Source: Hypanus sabinus (taxonomy: Eukaryota). Taken from it: 64,000 nt of DNA. Numbering within the stretch: position 1 is the stretch's first letter; every line of letters begins with the position of its first letter. This document shows, piece by piece, positions 1 to 11,762 of the stretch. The notes below the pieces were generated by a model that worked only from the letters and a program-made list of their open reading frames with translations, ran no database searches and was not told the DNA's origin. Where the stretch lies: contig NC_082707.1 of the NCBI RefSeq assembly GCF_030144855.1, forward strand, positions 189,162,001 through 189,226,000, in the 5' to 3' direction. The translations under genes were made by a program, and so were the position numbers.

Positions 1-2201
1 AATTATTTAACTTTTAAGTATTGATTGACTATAAATCTATAACAATTCATGGCTTCTACATTATCTGAGGGCATTAGTGTTATTCTGCATCAGCAATAGA
101 CTGGAGGTATTTCTTAAAATGGATCTTCACCCAAATATCTAGCTGGCTCTCTACATTAAAAAAAAGCATTTTATGATCCCCTTTTAAACACCTTGTATTG
201 AAGGATGGATTTTTAGCCACAGTGAAAGCAAGCTGCATATTTGTAGGCTTATAATAAATATCTATACTTAGAAGAAATAAAAAGCACAGGAAAGAAGAGC
301 TTTATAAAATGGTTTCATTAATCAAAATAAGACCCAAGTTCATTTTGAAAATACGAAGTATTTTGAAACATCTGCAATGAGAGCTCCTGGCAAACCACAC
401 AAAATTCATCCACAAACCTCCTGTTCCCAATTCTTTACCAATTCTACTTTGATCAATGATGAACTTTCTTTTTGAGATACATATTGCTCTTGTTATAAAA
501 AAAAACTTTCTCACTAACCACATTGTTTGCACGTTTAGTGATTGTACAGTTATTTACTGAGCAAAAGAAGCATATAGAAATAAGATCACAAATAAGCAAT
601 TTACTTAAATAGATCATGAGTTCTTTGTTTGTCAGGCAAATATAAACTGTCTTCAAGATTTTTAACAAAAAGTAATGTAATCAATTCTAAATTCTTCAGC
701 TATAACAAACGCTTGTGGAATTATTGCTTATTATTGAATGTAGAATAACTAGAGATTTGACTCTTTCTCTGATTCCACCATGTTGCTCCGCGACCATCTG
801 TGGGCCAGGAGCAACTTTGCAAGACAAATTTACAACTGAACTGCCGTTTCCTTGCAGAAAGATTTTAATTCCTGAAAGACATCCCCAAGATGACCAGTAA
901 CCCATGGCCTACATGGTAAGGCATACATGGCCTACCATTCTATGGTTTAACAGGTCAAAAGTCTACTCTTGAACCAAAACCCTAGATTACCTGCACAGTT
1001 GCAATCCAACTTTGTACGTAATTAAATCTAGTAGAAATGTTTTGTGCATATAGCATCAACTCATATTTTTGTTCTAAAATAGATATGGAATATAAAAGCA
1101 TAAATCCAAATATACTCAGGAAATACACGCTGATATAATTTTTTTAAAATATGTAAGTTTTCTTCTAAAGATGCATGCCAACAACAGAACTGTTGGTAGC
1201 AACACTACTTTTAGATGCATAAATCAGGAAACACCATGACAAGCCTTTGGGCTACAATACCAAATGTATACACACAAACACGCACACATAGACATCTTAA
1301 CGGTAGTCGATGAAGTAATGCTCATGTCCGATCTTGCCAGGTGAGTGCTATATTGTAAAATGATGCAGCTGAGTTAGGTTAAAATCAAATAAAAGTAACA
1401 TTCACAGAGAAAAGGCATTCAAATTCTCCAATAATTTGCTTAGGTTTTCAGTCAACTGAAAAATATACAATATTCCATTTCTGCACTGACACATATTTGC
1501 AAAAATAGCTTCTTAAACTGCTTTGTATTTTCAGCCTGTTATTCACATAAGCATAATAGTCTAAAATACTCAATGAAACATAGAATAAACATAGAAATTT
1601 TAAATTAACTCCTTAAGAAACAACATTTACAGAGAAAATTAAATATAAATCTCTGCTTTTTCTTTTATAACATTGGTTCTACTTAAATATTGATAGATAG
1701 ATTTGAAAATAATTAAGAGTTTCAGGTAGTTTAATCAAGGGTGAAATCTAAATTTATTTAATAACCTTCACCAAGTTCTGTGTTCACCATGCTACCCCAC
1801 CCCAAGTGACCATTCTTCATCTTTAACCTTTGACCTGTGAGTATGGTCCAAGGGAACTATCAATAGGGCTTCTAGCTAATCTAACAAAGACATGTATAGA
1901 GTAGACTAATATTTAATCAATTCAAGTTAGAAATCAAAGATTATTATTGTTTTTTTTTCCTTAACCAATTATAAACCCAGGTTTAAAAGTATCCAAATGC
2001 TATCTCAACTGTGATACGATAACTCAGAGTCCAGAAGGGATCTGGAATAAGTTAACTGGGGGCCAAAATCAATACACCACTTGCTGAACCCCAATATACA
2101 AGTAACAGTTAACTTCAACAAAAAATACAATTTAACCCAAAGGTCACTTTACTACTAGTACCTGACATTTTAATGTATACAATTCAAAGCCTTTCTCTCA
2201 C

Positions 2202-2886
2202 CTTCAGTGCAGTACCTCCCCGTATATCCTGTGCTAGAACAGTCACAGGTGACTTCCCCTTCGATCAAAGAGCAAATCCCACCATTTTCACATGGACTTT
2301 CGGTGCAAATGCCTTCCTTAACCAGCTTCACGAACTGACTCCCCAACAGCACCGGTGCAGAGTCCCCATATTTCAAGTCTTCGATAAATCCCTTAAAAGG
2401 AGGCTTGCTTTGCACCGCATTCAAAGTTAATGCCGACTTCCGAATATCCTGTGGGATGCCTCCTATGAACAGATCACTTACAATCTTCATGTACTGCCGC
2501 TGTGGCTTGACTTCGGCCGACTTCGTTTCTCCGTCCAACACGAGAACTGTTCTCAGGTTATTGCGGGATATCATGAGAAAGTGCCATTTGTCATCATTCA
2601 CCAGCTTATCCATATTGATCTCAGTCTCAAAGCAATCAATGCTCAACTTCAGCTGAATTTTCCCCTCCACTATCATCAGCTGCACAAAATCGCAGTATCC
2701 TCCGTCGTCGAAATAGAGCATCAGAGCAGTGGAGAGCTCGGTTTTGAACTGGAAACTGAGATCACTCCTGGTGCTTGCATCCCAACGTGCATAGCGGGTC
2801 CACAGTCCTGGTGCTCCGGTAAACTCAATGCCCAGACAAAGCCCCGCTAAAGAACTCAGTAACAGCGCAAAGCAGAAAGAATCCAT
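2202..2886 (-). CDS. NRXN3: Neurexin-3 alpha, first coding exon (signal peptide, laminin-G/LNS1, EGF1); gene continues beyond the left edge of the window
   Basis: Translation [19 protein letters not shown]|IEF...[16 protein letters not shown]...DDGGYCDF...[13 protein letters not shown]...[10 protein letters not shown]...PCENGGIC...[15 protein letters not shown] matches the NRXN3-alpha N-terminus ([16 protein letters not shown] is NRXN3-like). ATG at 2886-2884 has a strong Kozak context (AACATGG). Phase-1 donor AAG|GTGAGA at 2202/2201. The ORF-track GTG start at 2904 and the tail past 2202 are artefacts. Confidence 0.95.
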
Positions 2887-3429
2887 GTTTATCACAAGAT
2901 GCACAAAATCAGTGGAATGCAGGGAGAAAGCAAACTATAGGACTGCTCACAAAAGATGCAGTTTGTCGGAGAGGATTAAACCCACATTAACAGAAATGCT
3001 CATTTGAGAGGTTATTTTAGCCTACGTCAACAGCGTTGGTTAGGTCAAATCAAACAAAGGCAGAACACAGGATGGTTACGGTTTCCAGAGCTTTAACTGT
3101 AGTCAGCCCACATCAATTCATTCATAGGAAGCTTCTGATTAGCGATGAGAAATTGTGAATGTGCTGAAGTCGTCAGTAGGTGGCTGGTAATAAACACGTA
3201 AACTGGGATTTCAATCAAACCTCAAGCTGTCAAGGCTAATTCTGCCATCTACAGTGAAGAGGCACTATTTTGCCGGTTATTTTTATTTTTATCAAGAGTT
3301 CACAGATTAATCCTTACATCAGTTTTTGTGTGTCGCAGCCAGAATCCAGAGACACCACATGATGCTGAGATACATTTGCAGTTGCCACTGCCTCAAAGAA
3401 GCCACAAACCTTGAATCTTGCCTCAGAAC
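2887..3429 (-). other. NRXN3: 5' UTR part of the first coding exon of NRXN3
   Basis: Acceptor TTTTATTTACAG|GTTCTG with AG at 3431-3430. The sequence between it and the ATG is repeat-free. There is an in-frame TAG at 2937-2935 upstream of the ATG. Confidence 0.7.
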
Positions 3430-3859
3430 CTGTAAATAAAATTAATAGATGTCATTAAAAATCATAAATATTATTTTCCAAATTAATCAGTTCTTCTTGG
3501 TCTACATACAGATTATGAATTAATACCATAATTTTAATAAACAGCAAATTTATCCAGGATTAGCAAATTAAATCTACTGTGAACTCATTGGAAGAGTATA
3601 ATCTGCGCCAATACACAACTCTATCAGAATCATTTCAGTATACTAAAAATTACAATGCATTAATATTGACACGGTATATCACATTCTGGTCTAAAATATT
3701 CATGAAAGAAGTCAGAATCCTGACAGAAAATTGTAAACCTGTGTATATGGTTAGAACATAGAACCCTTAGAACATTATAGCACAGTATTGGTTCTCCAGC
3801 TCATGACATTGTGCCGACCTTTTAACCTACTCAAACATCACTCTCCTCCAAGAGGTCTA

Positions 3860-4010
3860 AACCTTGTCATTGGGTTTGGAGGCTTGCATGCCTCAATGAC
3901 TCGGAGAGCTATGCTAGCTGGAGTCAGGGCCTTGTGCTTCAGCACTTGGTAGGGTCACCCAAACAGGTCAAAGGCCAGGCCAAGAGTTGGTCCTCTAGGT
4001 TTGGAATGAC
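3860..4010 (+). mobile_element. 5' UTR fragment of an RTE-clade (Rex3/Expander-like) retroposon
   Basis: ACCTTGTC..GGCTTGCATGCCTCAATGAC.CGGAGAGCTATGC...GGTAGGGTCACCCA resembles the conserved 5' leader of RTE elements, by recollection. Confidence 0.5.
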
Positions 4011-4774
4011 AAGCTGGATTGTGTTGGTCTGCACCTACGCTAGTTCATCTCGAAGAAATGCTGCATGCTTGTCCTTGCAGAAATGTGGCTCCAGAACAAT
4101 ATCCCATGCACCATCAATCTTCAGGCCATGATACTCAGGGACTTGGGTGATAATATTTATTTTTCTTTGCAACTGCTTATTTTACTGCTATTGTGAATAA
4201 ATGTGGTATATGTGCCTTGTGCTATGTGTGACTGTTGGTACTGTGTTTTGCACCTTGGCCCCAGAACAACACAGTTTTCTTTGACTGCATTCATTAATAT
4301 AGTTGAATGATAATTGAATTTGAACTTGCCACTGCTACCAACTCTGTTGTACTTTCCTCCCAGACCTACAAAATCCATTTTTTTTAGTACATGCATTTAA
4401 TTCCCTTTTGAAAATTACAACTGTGTCACTCTCCAGTCCAATGCACAAGTCCAAGGCTTACTGTGTGACAGATGGTGCAGCATTTGTCAATACATTCCAT
4501 TGCTGGAACCCACGTGCGGCCCAGTCTTGCTGGAATGCTGCAGCTTTATAGTGGATAACGCCACTCGGATTCTCTGCCAGGTGAAACATGACTTGGGATT
4601 TTAACCCTTGAGATTTCAAAGGGGATTTCACACCTGAGGAATAGGAGGCAATGGAGAAATATTTTTTAAGATATTCTATATAAGAATTATTTTACATCAA
4701 TGTTTGTATACTCATACGGGTAATCCTTTATTTTTAATTAACATTATTTAATCTTTATTTTGACATTCAATCCT

Positions 4775-5212
4775 GAAAATGACTTTGGGAATGAAAGGCT
4801 TGTCGTATGACGAACATTTGATTGCTCTGGGCCTGTACTCAACAGAATTCAAAAGAACGAGGGGTGACCTAATTGGAACCTATCGAATGTTGAAAGACCC
4901 TGATCGAGTGGATGTTTCTGAGACTAAGAGCAGAGGAAACAGCCTCAGGAAAAAGAGGCCTCCTTTTAGAACGGAGGTGAGGAGTCATTTCTTTCAGCAG
5001 AGAGCGATGAATCTGTGGAATTCATTGCCACCAGTGGCTGTGGAGTCATTGGATATATTTAAGGCAAAGGTTGATAGATTCTTGATTAGTCAGGGCATGA
5101 AGGGAAATGGGGAGAAGGCAGGAGATTGGGGCTGAGAGGGAAAATGGATCAGCAAGGATGAAATAACAGAGCAGACTTGATGAGCCAAGAGGCCAAATCT
5201 TCTCCTATATCA
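4775..5212 (+). mobile_element. CR1 LINE 3' fragment
   Basis: MKGLSYDEHLIALGLYSTEFKRTRGDLI...HFFQQRAMNLWNSLP...FKAKVDRFL is the CR1 ORF2 C-terminus, followed by the CR1 3' UTR. Confidence 0.9.
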
Positions 5213-5261
5213 TTTTTTTAAGTATTTACTTGTGGGTCATGTGGATAATGCTATCAGAAAG

Positions 5262-5510
5262 CAGGGCAGCACTGTAGTGTAGCGGTTAGTGTAACATTAT
5301 GCAACACCAGCTGTATGAGTGGGGTTTAATTGTACCATTGTCTGTAAGGAGTTTCTACAGACAATGTGGGTTTCCTCTGGATGCTCCAGTTTTCACCCCA
5401 ACATTTCAAAGACATAGGGGTTAGTAAATTAATTGGCCATATTAGTGTGATGGGGCAGCATAGACTCGTTGGGCCGGAAGGGCCTATTACTATGCTGTAT
5501 CTCTAATTTA
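5262..5510 (+). mobile_element. tRNA-derived HE1/V-SINE-type SINE
   Basis: A-box head GTAGTGTAGCGGTTAG, V-domain GTGGGTTTCCTCTGGATGCTCCAGTTT...CAAAGAC, CR1-like tail GGGCCGGAAGGGCCT...TGCTGTATCTCTAA. Further copies at ~12200-12620, 12680-13230, 20470-20985, 22410-22640(-), 51470-51640(-), 62340-62650. Confidence 0.8.
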
Positions 5511-5864
5511 AAAAAAATAAACCATTTATCTCAGAATCTTTGCCCCCCTCCCAACTTGAAACAGCTTTTCATCTCGCCCAAGTGAGTACAGGCACATGGG
5601 GTCTGTGGGTGCAAATTCCAGTGATAAACCATGTCCATCAAAACCTTCCCCAACAGTCTTCAGCATCTATTTTAAACGTTCCCTGACCCTTGTTGGTCCA
5701 AAGTAAAATCTAATGACTTCCAAGGTCTCTCCAACTAGGTGAGAGTTCTCATTGCCGCTGCAGCAACACGTATGCATAGCCTCATAAGATGCTTCTATGG
5801 CCTTTTGCACAGAGCTAACACATCTGAAGGCATTTCACAGGAGTGTCATTAAACAGATCGGATT

Positions 5865-6345
5865 TGGGGTGAACAGGAAGGGTAGCACCTTGACATGTCC
5901 GTTCTGGGGTAGCTCACTCAACTTTGGTCCCCAGCGGAAATTCAGCTCTCACCTCTGGCTCCAACTAGCTGTTTGCATGTGTCAGTGGCCACACTCTAGT
6001 ACACCGAGTCGACAGGTGGGCTAAACCAGGTGAGACTCATACCCCAAAGTGATAGGGACACGTTTGTCCTAGCATGCAATATCAGCTCTGGTGAACAGGG
6101 CGGCTGAGATCTACAGTGAGATTCAACGGCCAGGAAGGCGGTTCTGCAACGCTCTGTGGAGAGCAACGGGCATGATGAGGCACGGAAGACGTCACGGTCA
6201 TCTGCTGCACCCAAGGACAACCCCAGTTTGTGGCACTTGTTTGTATCAGTGGACCCAAACTGCTGAGGTCGAGAAAGTGGAACTGACCCAATTCAATAGC
6301 TCTTGCACTTTAAAAACTCTCCCACAAAGGTTTCCTGTTATCATC
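5865..6345 (+). mobile_element. Unclassified non-coding interspersed repeat, copy 1 (possibly a non-autonomous RTE-like retroposon)
   Basis: Clear second copy at ~61640-62000 sharing CTCACTCA.CTTTGGTCCC, CAGCTCTCACCTCTGGCTCCAA, GCTAAACCAGGT, GATAGGGACA and GAGATCTACAGTGAGAT. Confidence 0.7.
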
Positions 6346-7204
6346 AGACACTATCAATTAAACAAATGGATGCTGAGCTGAATAAGGAAACTTTAGGACA
6401 GAAGTGTAATTAAAGAGTTAAGATTGAGGGACATCTTAAAAGAGGAAGGGGAAGACAGGATCATTCAGCTCAAACACGTCCTCATGCTGACTGAGATAGC
6501 TAATTATACTAATCCCATTTGAATGCCAGTATTCCACTTTGCTTTTCCTATCCAAGTACATGTCCAAATGCTTTTTAAATATAATTGTAAATGTGTCCAT
6601 CATCTTCTCTTGTAGCTAATTCCAAATAATTCCTACCCTGTGTGCAAACAACCCTACCCTCAGATCTTTCTTCCCTCTAACTTTAAATCAGTGTCCTGTA
6701 GTCCTAGACACCCCTGGCATCGGAAAGGATTCTATCTATGTTACTCATTACATTATAAACCTCTACGAGGTCACCTCTCAACCTCTAATGTTCCCAACCT
6801 CTCCAATCTCTCCTTATAAAACTGATGTAGAGGAGAAAAGGCAGAAATTATACTGTTTGCTATACCTCAAAAAGAGTGAAACTTCCCCAAGATCCCTCAC
6901 AGAACTATATTCTAGACATAGTTAAATATATGTCTATGGAATTAGAACATAGAACAGTACAAGCCATTCAGCCCATAAAGTTATGTGGGCCCATTAACCT
7001 ACCTCAAGATCAATCTAGCCCTTCCCTCCCAAATAGCCCTCCAGTTTTCTATCACCCTGTGTTGCTCTAAAGGACACTTCAATGTCCCTAGTGTATCTAC
7101 CACTACCATCACCCCTGGCAGCACATTCCACGCACCTACCATTCCGTGTTTAAAAACTTGCCTCTGACATCCCTCCATACTTGCCTCCCAACTCCTTACA
7201 GTTA

Positions 7205-7393
7205 TATACACAGGAGATTCTGTAGATGCTGAAGATCCAGAGTAACACACACAAGATGCTGGAGAAACTCAGTAGGTCAAGCAGCGTCTATGGAGAGGAA
7301 TAAAGAGTCGTCGTTTCGGGTCAAGACCATTCATTCAGCCTGAAACATCAACACTTAACCTGCTGAGTTTCTCCAGCGTTCTGAGTATGTTGC
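7205..7393. mobile_element. Short fold-back Penelope-like (PLE) terminal fragment inside a minus-strand CR1 tail
   Basis: GCTGGAGAAACTCAGTAGGT...ACCTGCTGAGTTTCTCCAGC inverted arms around degenerate hammerhead cores. Confidence 0.7.
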
Positions 7394-7466
7394 TTTAAAG
7401 TGAGACCCACTTGTATTAGTCACTTTTGCCCGGGGAAAAAGTTTCTGGTTGTCCACTGTCTAATTA

Positions 7467-8027
7467 CTCTCAGTGGTCACTTTATTAGGTACACCTGTAT
7501 GCGACTCATTAACACAAATATCTAATCAGCTAATCATCTGGCAGCAACTCAATGCATAAAAGCATACAGGCATGATCAAGAGGTTCAGCTGTTGTTCGGA
7601 CCAAACAGCAGAATGGGGAAGAAATGTGATCTAACTGACTTTGACCGTGGACTGATTGTTGGTGTCAGATGTGGTGGTTTATCTCAGGAAGTGCTTATCT
7701 CCTGGGATTTTCACACACAACAATCTCAAGAGCCTACAGAGAATGGTGCAAGAAACATAAAACATCCAAGGAGCAGCAGTTCCAGGAATGAACATGCTTT
7801 GTTAATGAGAGAGGTCAGAGGAGAATGACCAGACTGGTTCAAGAACACTGGAAGGTAACACTGACCCAAATAACCACGTGTCACAACAGCGGTGTGCAGA
7901 AGAGCATCTCTGTACAGTCAACACGTGGAACCTCGAAGTAGAAGGGCTACAGCAGCAAACGACCATGAACATACACTCAGAAGTCATTTTATTAGGTATT
8001 GGAGGTACCTTATAAAGTGGTCAGTGA
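7467..8027 (+). mobile_element. Internally deleted Tc1-like DNA transposon
   Basis: TIRs CTCAGTGGTCACTTTATTAGGTAC / GGTACCTTATAAAGTGGTCAGTGA. Frameshifted HTH N-terminus MGKKCDLTDFDRGLIVG... A left-end fragment of the same family lies at ~16337-16460. Confidence 0.85.
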
Positions 8028-8644
8028 TCTTGTTACAGAATAACTGAATCTTGTATAAAAGCTGTATTTAAAGGGCATTCTCAAAGGACGTGAGTACAAG
8101 TTCTGTGTGCAAAGGGGATGGTTCTAAACTCTGTAAAGTCAGGAATAGAAGAAAGTATGATACTGACTTTTAAAGGGCAAAGAAACTGATGAAATAAGCA
8201 GGCAGCATGCCAGATGAAAGTTAATGCTGAAAACTGTTTCATGTTGCTGGGGAAATGAGAGGAAGCATCACAACCCAATGATTATAATACCGAGGAGAGG
8301 AAAGGTGCAAGAGGTTTCTGTAAGTGATGTATCGGATCTTTGACTTTATAAATACATGTTTGAGAACAAAAGCATCAGAGTTACTCAAAAAGCTTTCTTG
8401 AAATATGAGAAGAGCCCAGATGGAGATTCATACTTCAACTTTAAAAAGGATGTTAAATATTCTGAGGAGATTTACTAGAACAGGACTAGAGATGAGTTCA
8501 GTAGTTTGTTCTTGTAACAGCAGTACAGGTTTAAGTTGAAATGTATGAAGGTTACTATGATAAAAGGTTTTCATAGAGTATAGACAGAATGGTCAGTAAT
8601 CAGGAGAGCAAGTTTTAAAAAAAAAAACAGTAGTAACTTATAGA

Positions 8645-9325
8645 AGTCACACACAAAATGATGGAGAAATTCACAGCTCAGGACTTAACTATGGGCGGGA
8701 ATAAACAGTTGAAGTTTTGGGCCGAGACCCTCCACCAGGACTGGAAAGGAAGTGGGCAGAAGCTGGAATAAGAAACTGGGAGGGGAAGGAGTAGAAGCTG
8801 GCAAGTAATGGGGTAAGTAGGTAGGTGGGGGAAGAGGGATGAAGTAAGAAACGGAAGGTGACAGGTGGAAGATGCAAGAGGAATCTGATAGGAGAAGAGT
8901 GGAGCATGGAAGAAAGAGAAGCAGGGGGGAGGTTTCTAGTAAGAGGAGAAGGTGTAAGAGGGTGTGTCAGACTGGGAAATGGAAAAAGAGAAGGGGAGAG
9001 GGAAAAATAACTGGAAGTTAGAGAAATTAATGTTCATGTTGTCAGGCTGGAGGCTACCCAGACAAAGTAAGAGATAACACATACAAAGTGCTGGAGGAAC
9101 TCAGCAAGTCAGGCTTCTATGGAGGTGAATAAACAGTCAATGTTTCAGACCAGGTCCCTTTTGCAGGACAGAATATGAGGTGTTGCTCCTCCAAGCTAAC
9201 TCTAACTGGTGGCGGTAGAGGAGGCCACAGACCAAAATGTTGGAATTTTAAGAGAAGTAGAATTGAAATGGGTGGCCACCAGGAAATTGTGCCTGTTGCA
9301 GTCAGCGCAAAGGTGCTCAGCAACT
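8645..9325 (-). mobile_element. PLE 3' fragment (GIY-YIG C-terminus, pyrimidine-rich pLTR, degenerate hammerhead) with a nested second PLE end
   Basis: Minus-strand ...LEEQHLIFC... and LQPDNMNINFSNFQ. Hammerhead-like core at ~8705-8742. Confidence 0.8.
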
Positions 9326-10127
9326 TAAGGAAGGACATTTACACAACACGTTGTTGAGGTCCAAATGCATTGTATGAAAAGTAATGGAAGAAAGAATTGG
9401 AAATATCCTAGAGGGGAATATGTACAAAGTTATGAGGAAAAAGTAAGAGCCTTGTGCTATTGATCTTCAAAAGAGGCATAGCAGAGATGATAAAATTTCT
9501 ATAAGGCATATCATGTCATTAATAAATTTGATTAACTGCGCAGTTACAATATAATCTGCGTTTATTACAAATGCACAGCAGTTGCAGTTATTTTGTCTGT
9601 TCATTTATTTAGCATCTATCCTCTTTGCCTCATTTTACATTAAAATTTATATTAAAATATCCTTTGCATTTCAAAGAGGAATAACCAAGAAACTAACGGA
9701 CATAATTAAGGACTGTACATGATAATCACACCCACACCACCCTCGAGAATATTAAGTACATAATCAGGTCCCTCAGGAGAATGAGACCAACTACATCATC
9801 ACCGTCTTCTAAAAAAAGATAAATTTGCAAAGCGCAAAATGCAGCTGAGATATTCTTTTAACTTATTTTTTAAAAGAAATTTAACGCTAAAATCTAATTG
9901 AAACTTAACAATGGCTATACTGCATGTTCTAGGTTTCCCAGATCATTGACCATCTGCTTTAAGAATTGCTTTCATTTATTTTAAAGGAAAGACAATCATT
10001 ATTAATTATTAAAGCCATCCATTTATCTCAAGTCAACCAAGGGTTATGTGCTCTATTTCAGGCTTGACACAGCCAATAACAAAAAGAATTGCATAGACTA
10101 AGTAACACAATGAGCATGGTACCACGA

Positions 10128-10585
10128 TAAAAACACAAGAGTTTCTGCAGATGCTGGAAATCCAGAGCAACTCACACAAAATGCTAGAGGAACTCAGCAG
10201 GTCAATGTTTCCTAAACCCTTCAACAGGACTCTTAGCATAATAGTAATGTTGCTTCATCAGGACCGGGAAGGAAGTGGGTGGAACACCAGAATATGTAGG
10301 AGTGGGGTGGCGAAGGAGTACAAGCTGGCAGGTGATTCCTGAGGCCAGGTGAGGGGGAAGAAGGGTAGATGGGGGGGGGGGGCTGAAGTGAGAAGCTGGG
10401 AGGAGGTAGGTGGAAAAGGTAAAGGGCTAAAGAAGAAAGAATCTGAGAGGAGAGGAAAGTGGACCATGGGAGAAAGGGAAAAAGGGACACCAGGGGCAGG
10501 TGATGGGTCAGTGAGGAGAAGAGAGGGCTAAGAGGGGAACCAGAATGGGGAATGAAAAGGAGAGAAGGATTAGAAAAATTATGGT
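10128..10585 (-). mobile_element. PLE pLTR fragment
   Basis: Tail AAACACAAGAGTTTCTGCAGATGCTGGAAATCC...CACACAAAATGCTAGAGGAACTCAGCAGGTC followed by a purine-rich tract, as in the other copies. Confidence 0.75.
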
Positions 10586-10595
10586 AGCATAATAT

Positions 10596-11433
10596 TGTCA
10601 TGGATTCAGCAACAATAAATATATAAGTGAGGTAGGGTTTTTTTTTATAACAAATAAAATATTTATTAAACACTGAAAAACAAACCCCAAAAGTAAACAA
10701 ACAACTAACATAACCGGAAATCAGCTGCTGTGCGGCAGCTTAAACAGTTCTTAAAGGGATAAAGTAAAAACAGTTCTTAAAGCGATGTTGCAAAATCAGT
10801 TCCACAAAGTAGTACTGCGAAAGTTCAAAATGCTTACAGTCCATTAAAGGAGAGACTTTTTAAGACGATTTAAATTCTCTCTCACATTGTATTGCTGCGG
10901 TTCCCAGTCGAACTATACTTTTCCCGGAGATTTTACGAAGATGAAAATGAAACGGCTTAAAGGCACTGACCTTTCCTTGACAAAACTGTACCCAACCCTT
11001 TCTGCTATTATTGCAGGGGTTAACACGAGCACAGCCAACAAATACCTTCCGAATAAGGATCAAACAAGGTCGAACCCGTTTCACCGTCGAAATTGACTTT
11101 CCTCTATCTTTTAGCTCCCGAATTCCGATCTTCACTCTCCACTGATTTTTAACTGGCAGTATTGTAACAAAACTGCCGGCAATGACCTCTTAAACTTTAG
11201 GCAGAAAATAATTCAATGAAACTGCGTCATAATATTGGACCACACAGTAGCACGGAGTCAAAATGGCAAATCCAGCCACGAACTGCCCCTCCTCACAGGG
11301 AGGGGTCCTCAACAGAGACCCTGCTGAAAAAAACTGTCACATGACCTCTACTGGTGGGAAAATGACGTCACTCCACCATCACAAGACCATTACCTTAAGT
11401 CCAGTATAGCTTCAACACTCCTGACATGTGACA
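10596..11433 (-). mobile_element. Solo LTR (838 bp)
   Basis: TGTCA...TGACA termini. Flanks AATAT/AGTAC may be a decayed TSD. AATAAA on minus near the left end (~10662-10667). Perfect CRE TGACGTCA at 11363-11370. CpG content above background. Confidence 0.65.
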
Positions 11434-11473
11434 AGTACAAGACACCCATGGGTGCGTAACAATATAAACAAGA

Positions 11474-11762
11474 AGTGTGGCACGTAGCCAAGTGGTTAAG
11501 ACGTTGGACTAGAGATCTGAAGATCATGAGTTCAAGCCCCAGCCAAGGTAGTGTGTTGTGTCCTTGAGCAAGGCACTTAACCACACATTGCTGCAGTCCG
11601 CCCAGTTGAAAAAAGGGTACTGGCAAAATACTGGGGGTTAACCTCACGATAGACTGGTGTCCTATCCGGAGAGGAGTCTCATACTGTCAGTCGCTTCACA
11701 CCACGAAAACCGGCAAAAGCACTGGCCCAATGAGCCTATAAAGCTTGGAACAAACTTTAACT
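11474..11762 (+). mobile_element. tRNA-derived CORE-like SINE, full length
   Basis: A box TAGCCAAGTGG, B box GAGTTCAAGCC, CORE-like GTGTCCTTGAGCAAGGCACTTAACC. TSD AATATAAACAAGA (11461-11473) / AATATAAACGAGA (11763-11775). Confidence 0.85.

Noticed and set aside
1-2200. Possible neurexin SS1 mini-exons downstream of the coding exon
   Set aside because: No minus-strand segment with convincing splice sites and neurexin-like peptide was found; the next exons probably lie outside the window.
2173-2850. Plus-strand ORFs overlapping the neurexin exon
   Set aside because: Antisense shadows of the real CDS with no recognisable domains.
11476-11550. tRNA-like sequence with A and B boxes (also at the heads of HE1-type SINEs)
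   Set aside because: These are SINE heads: they continue into SINE bodies, have TSDs and lack a complete cloverleaf.
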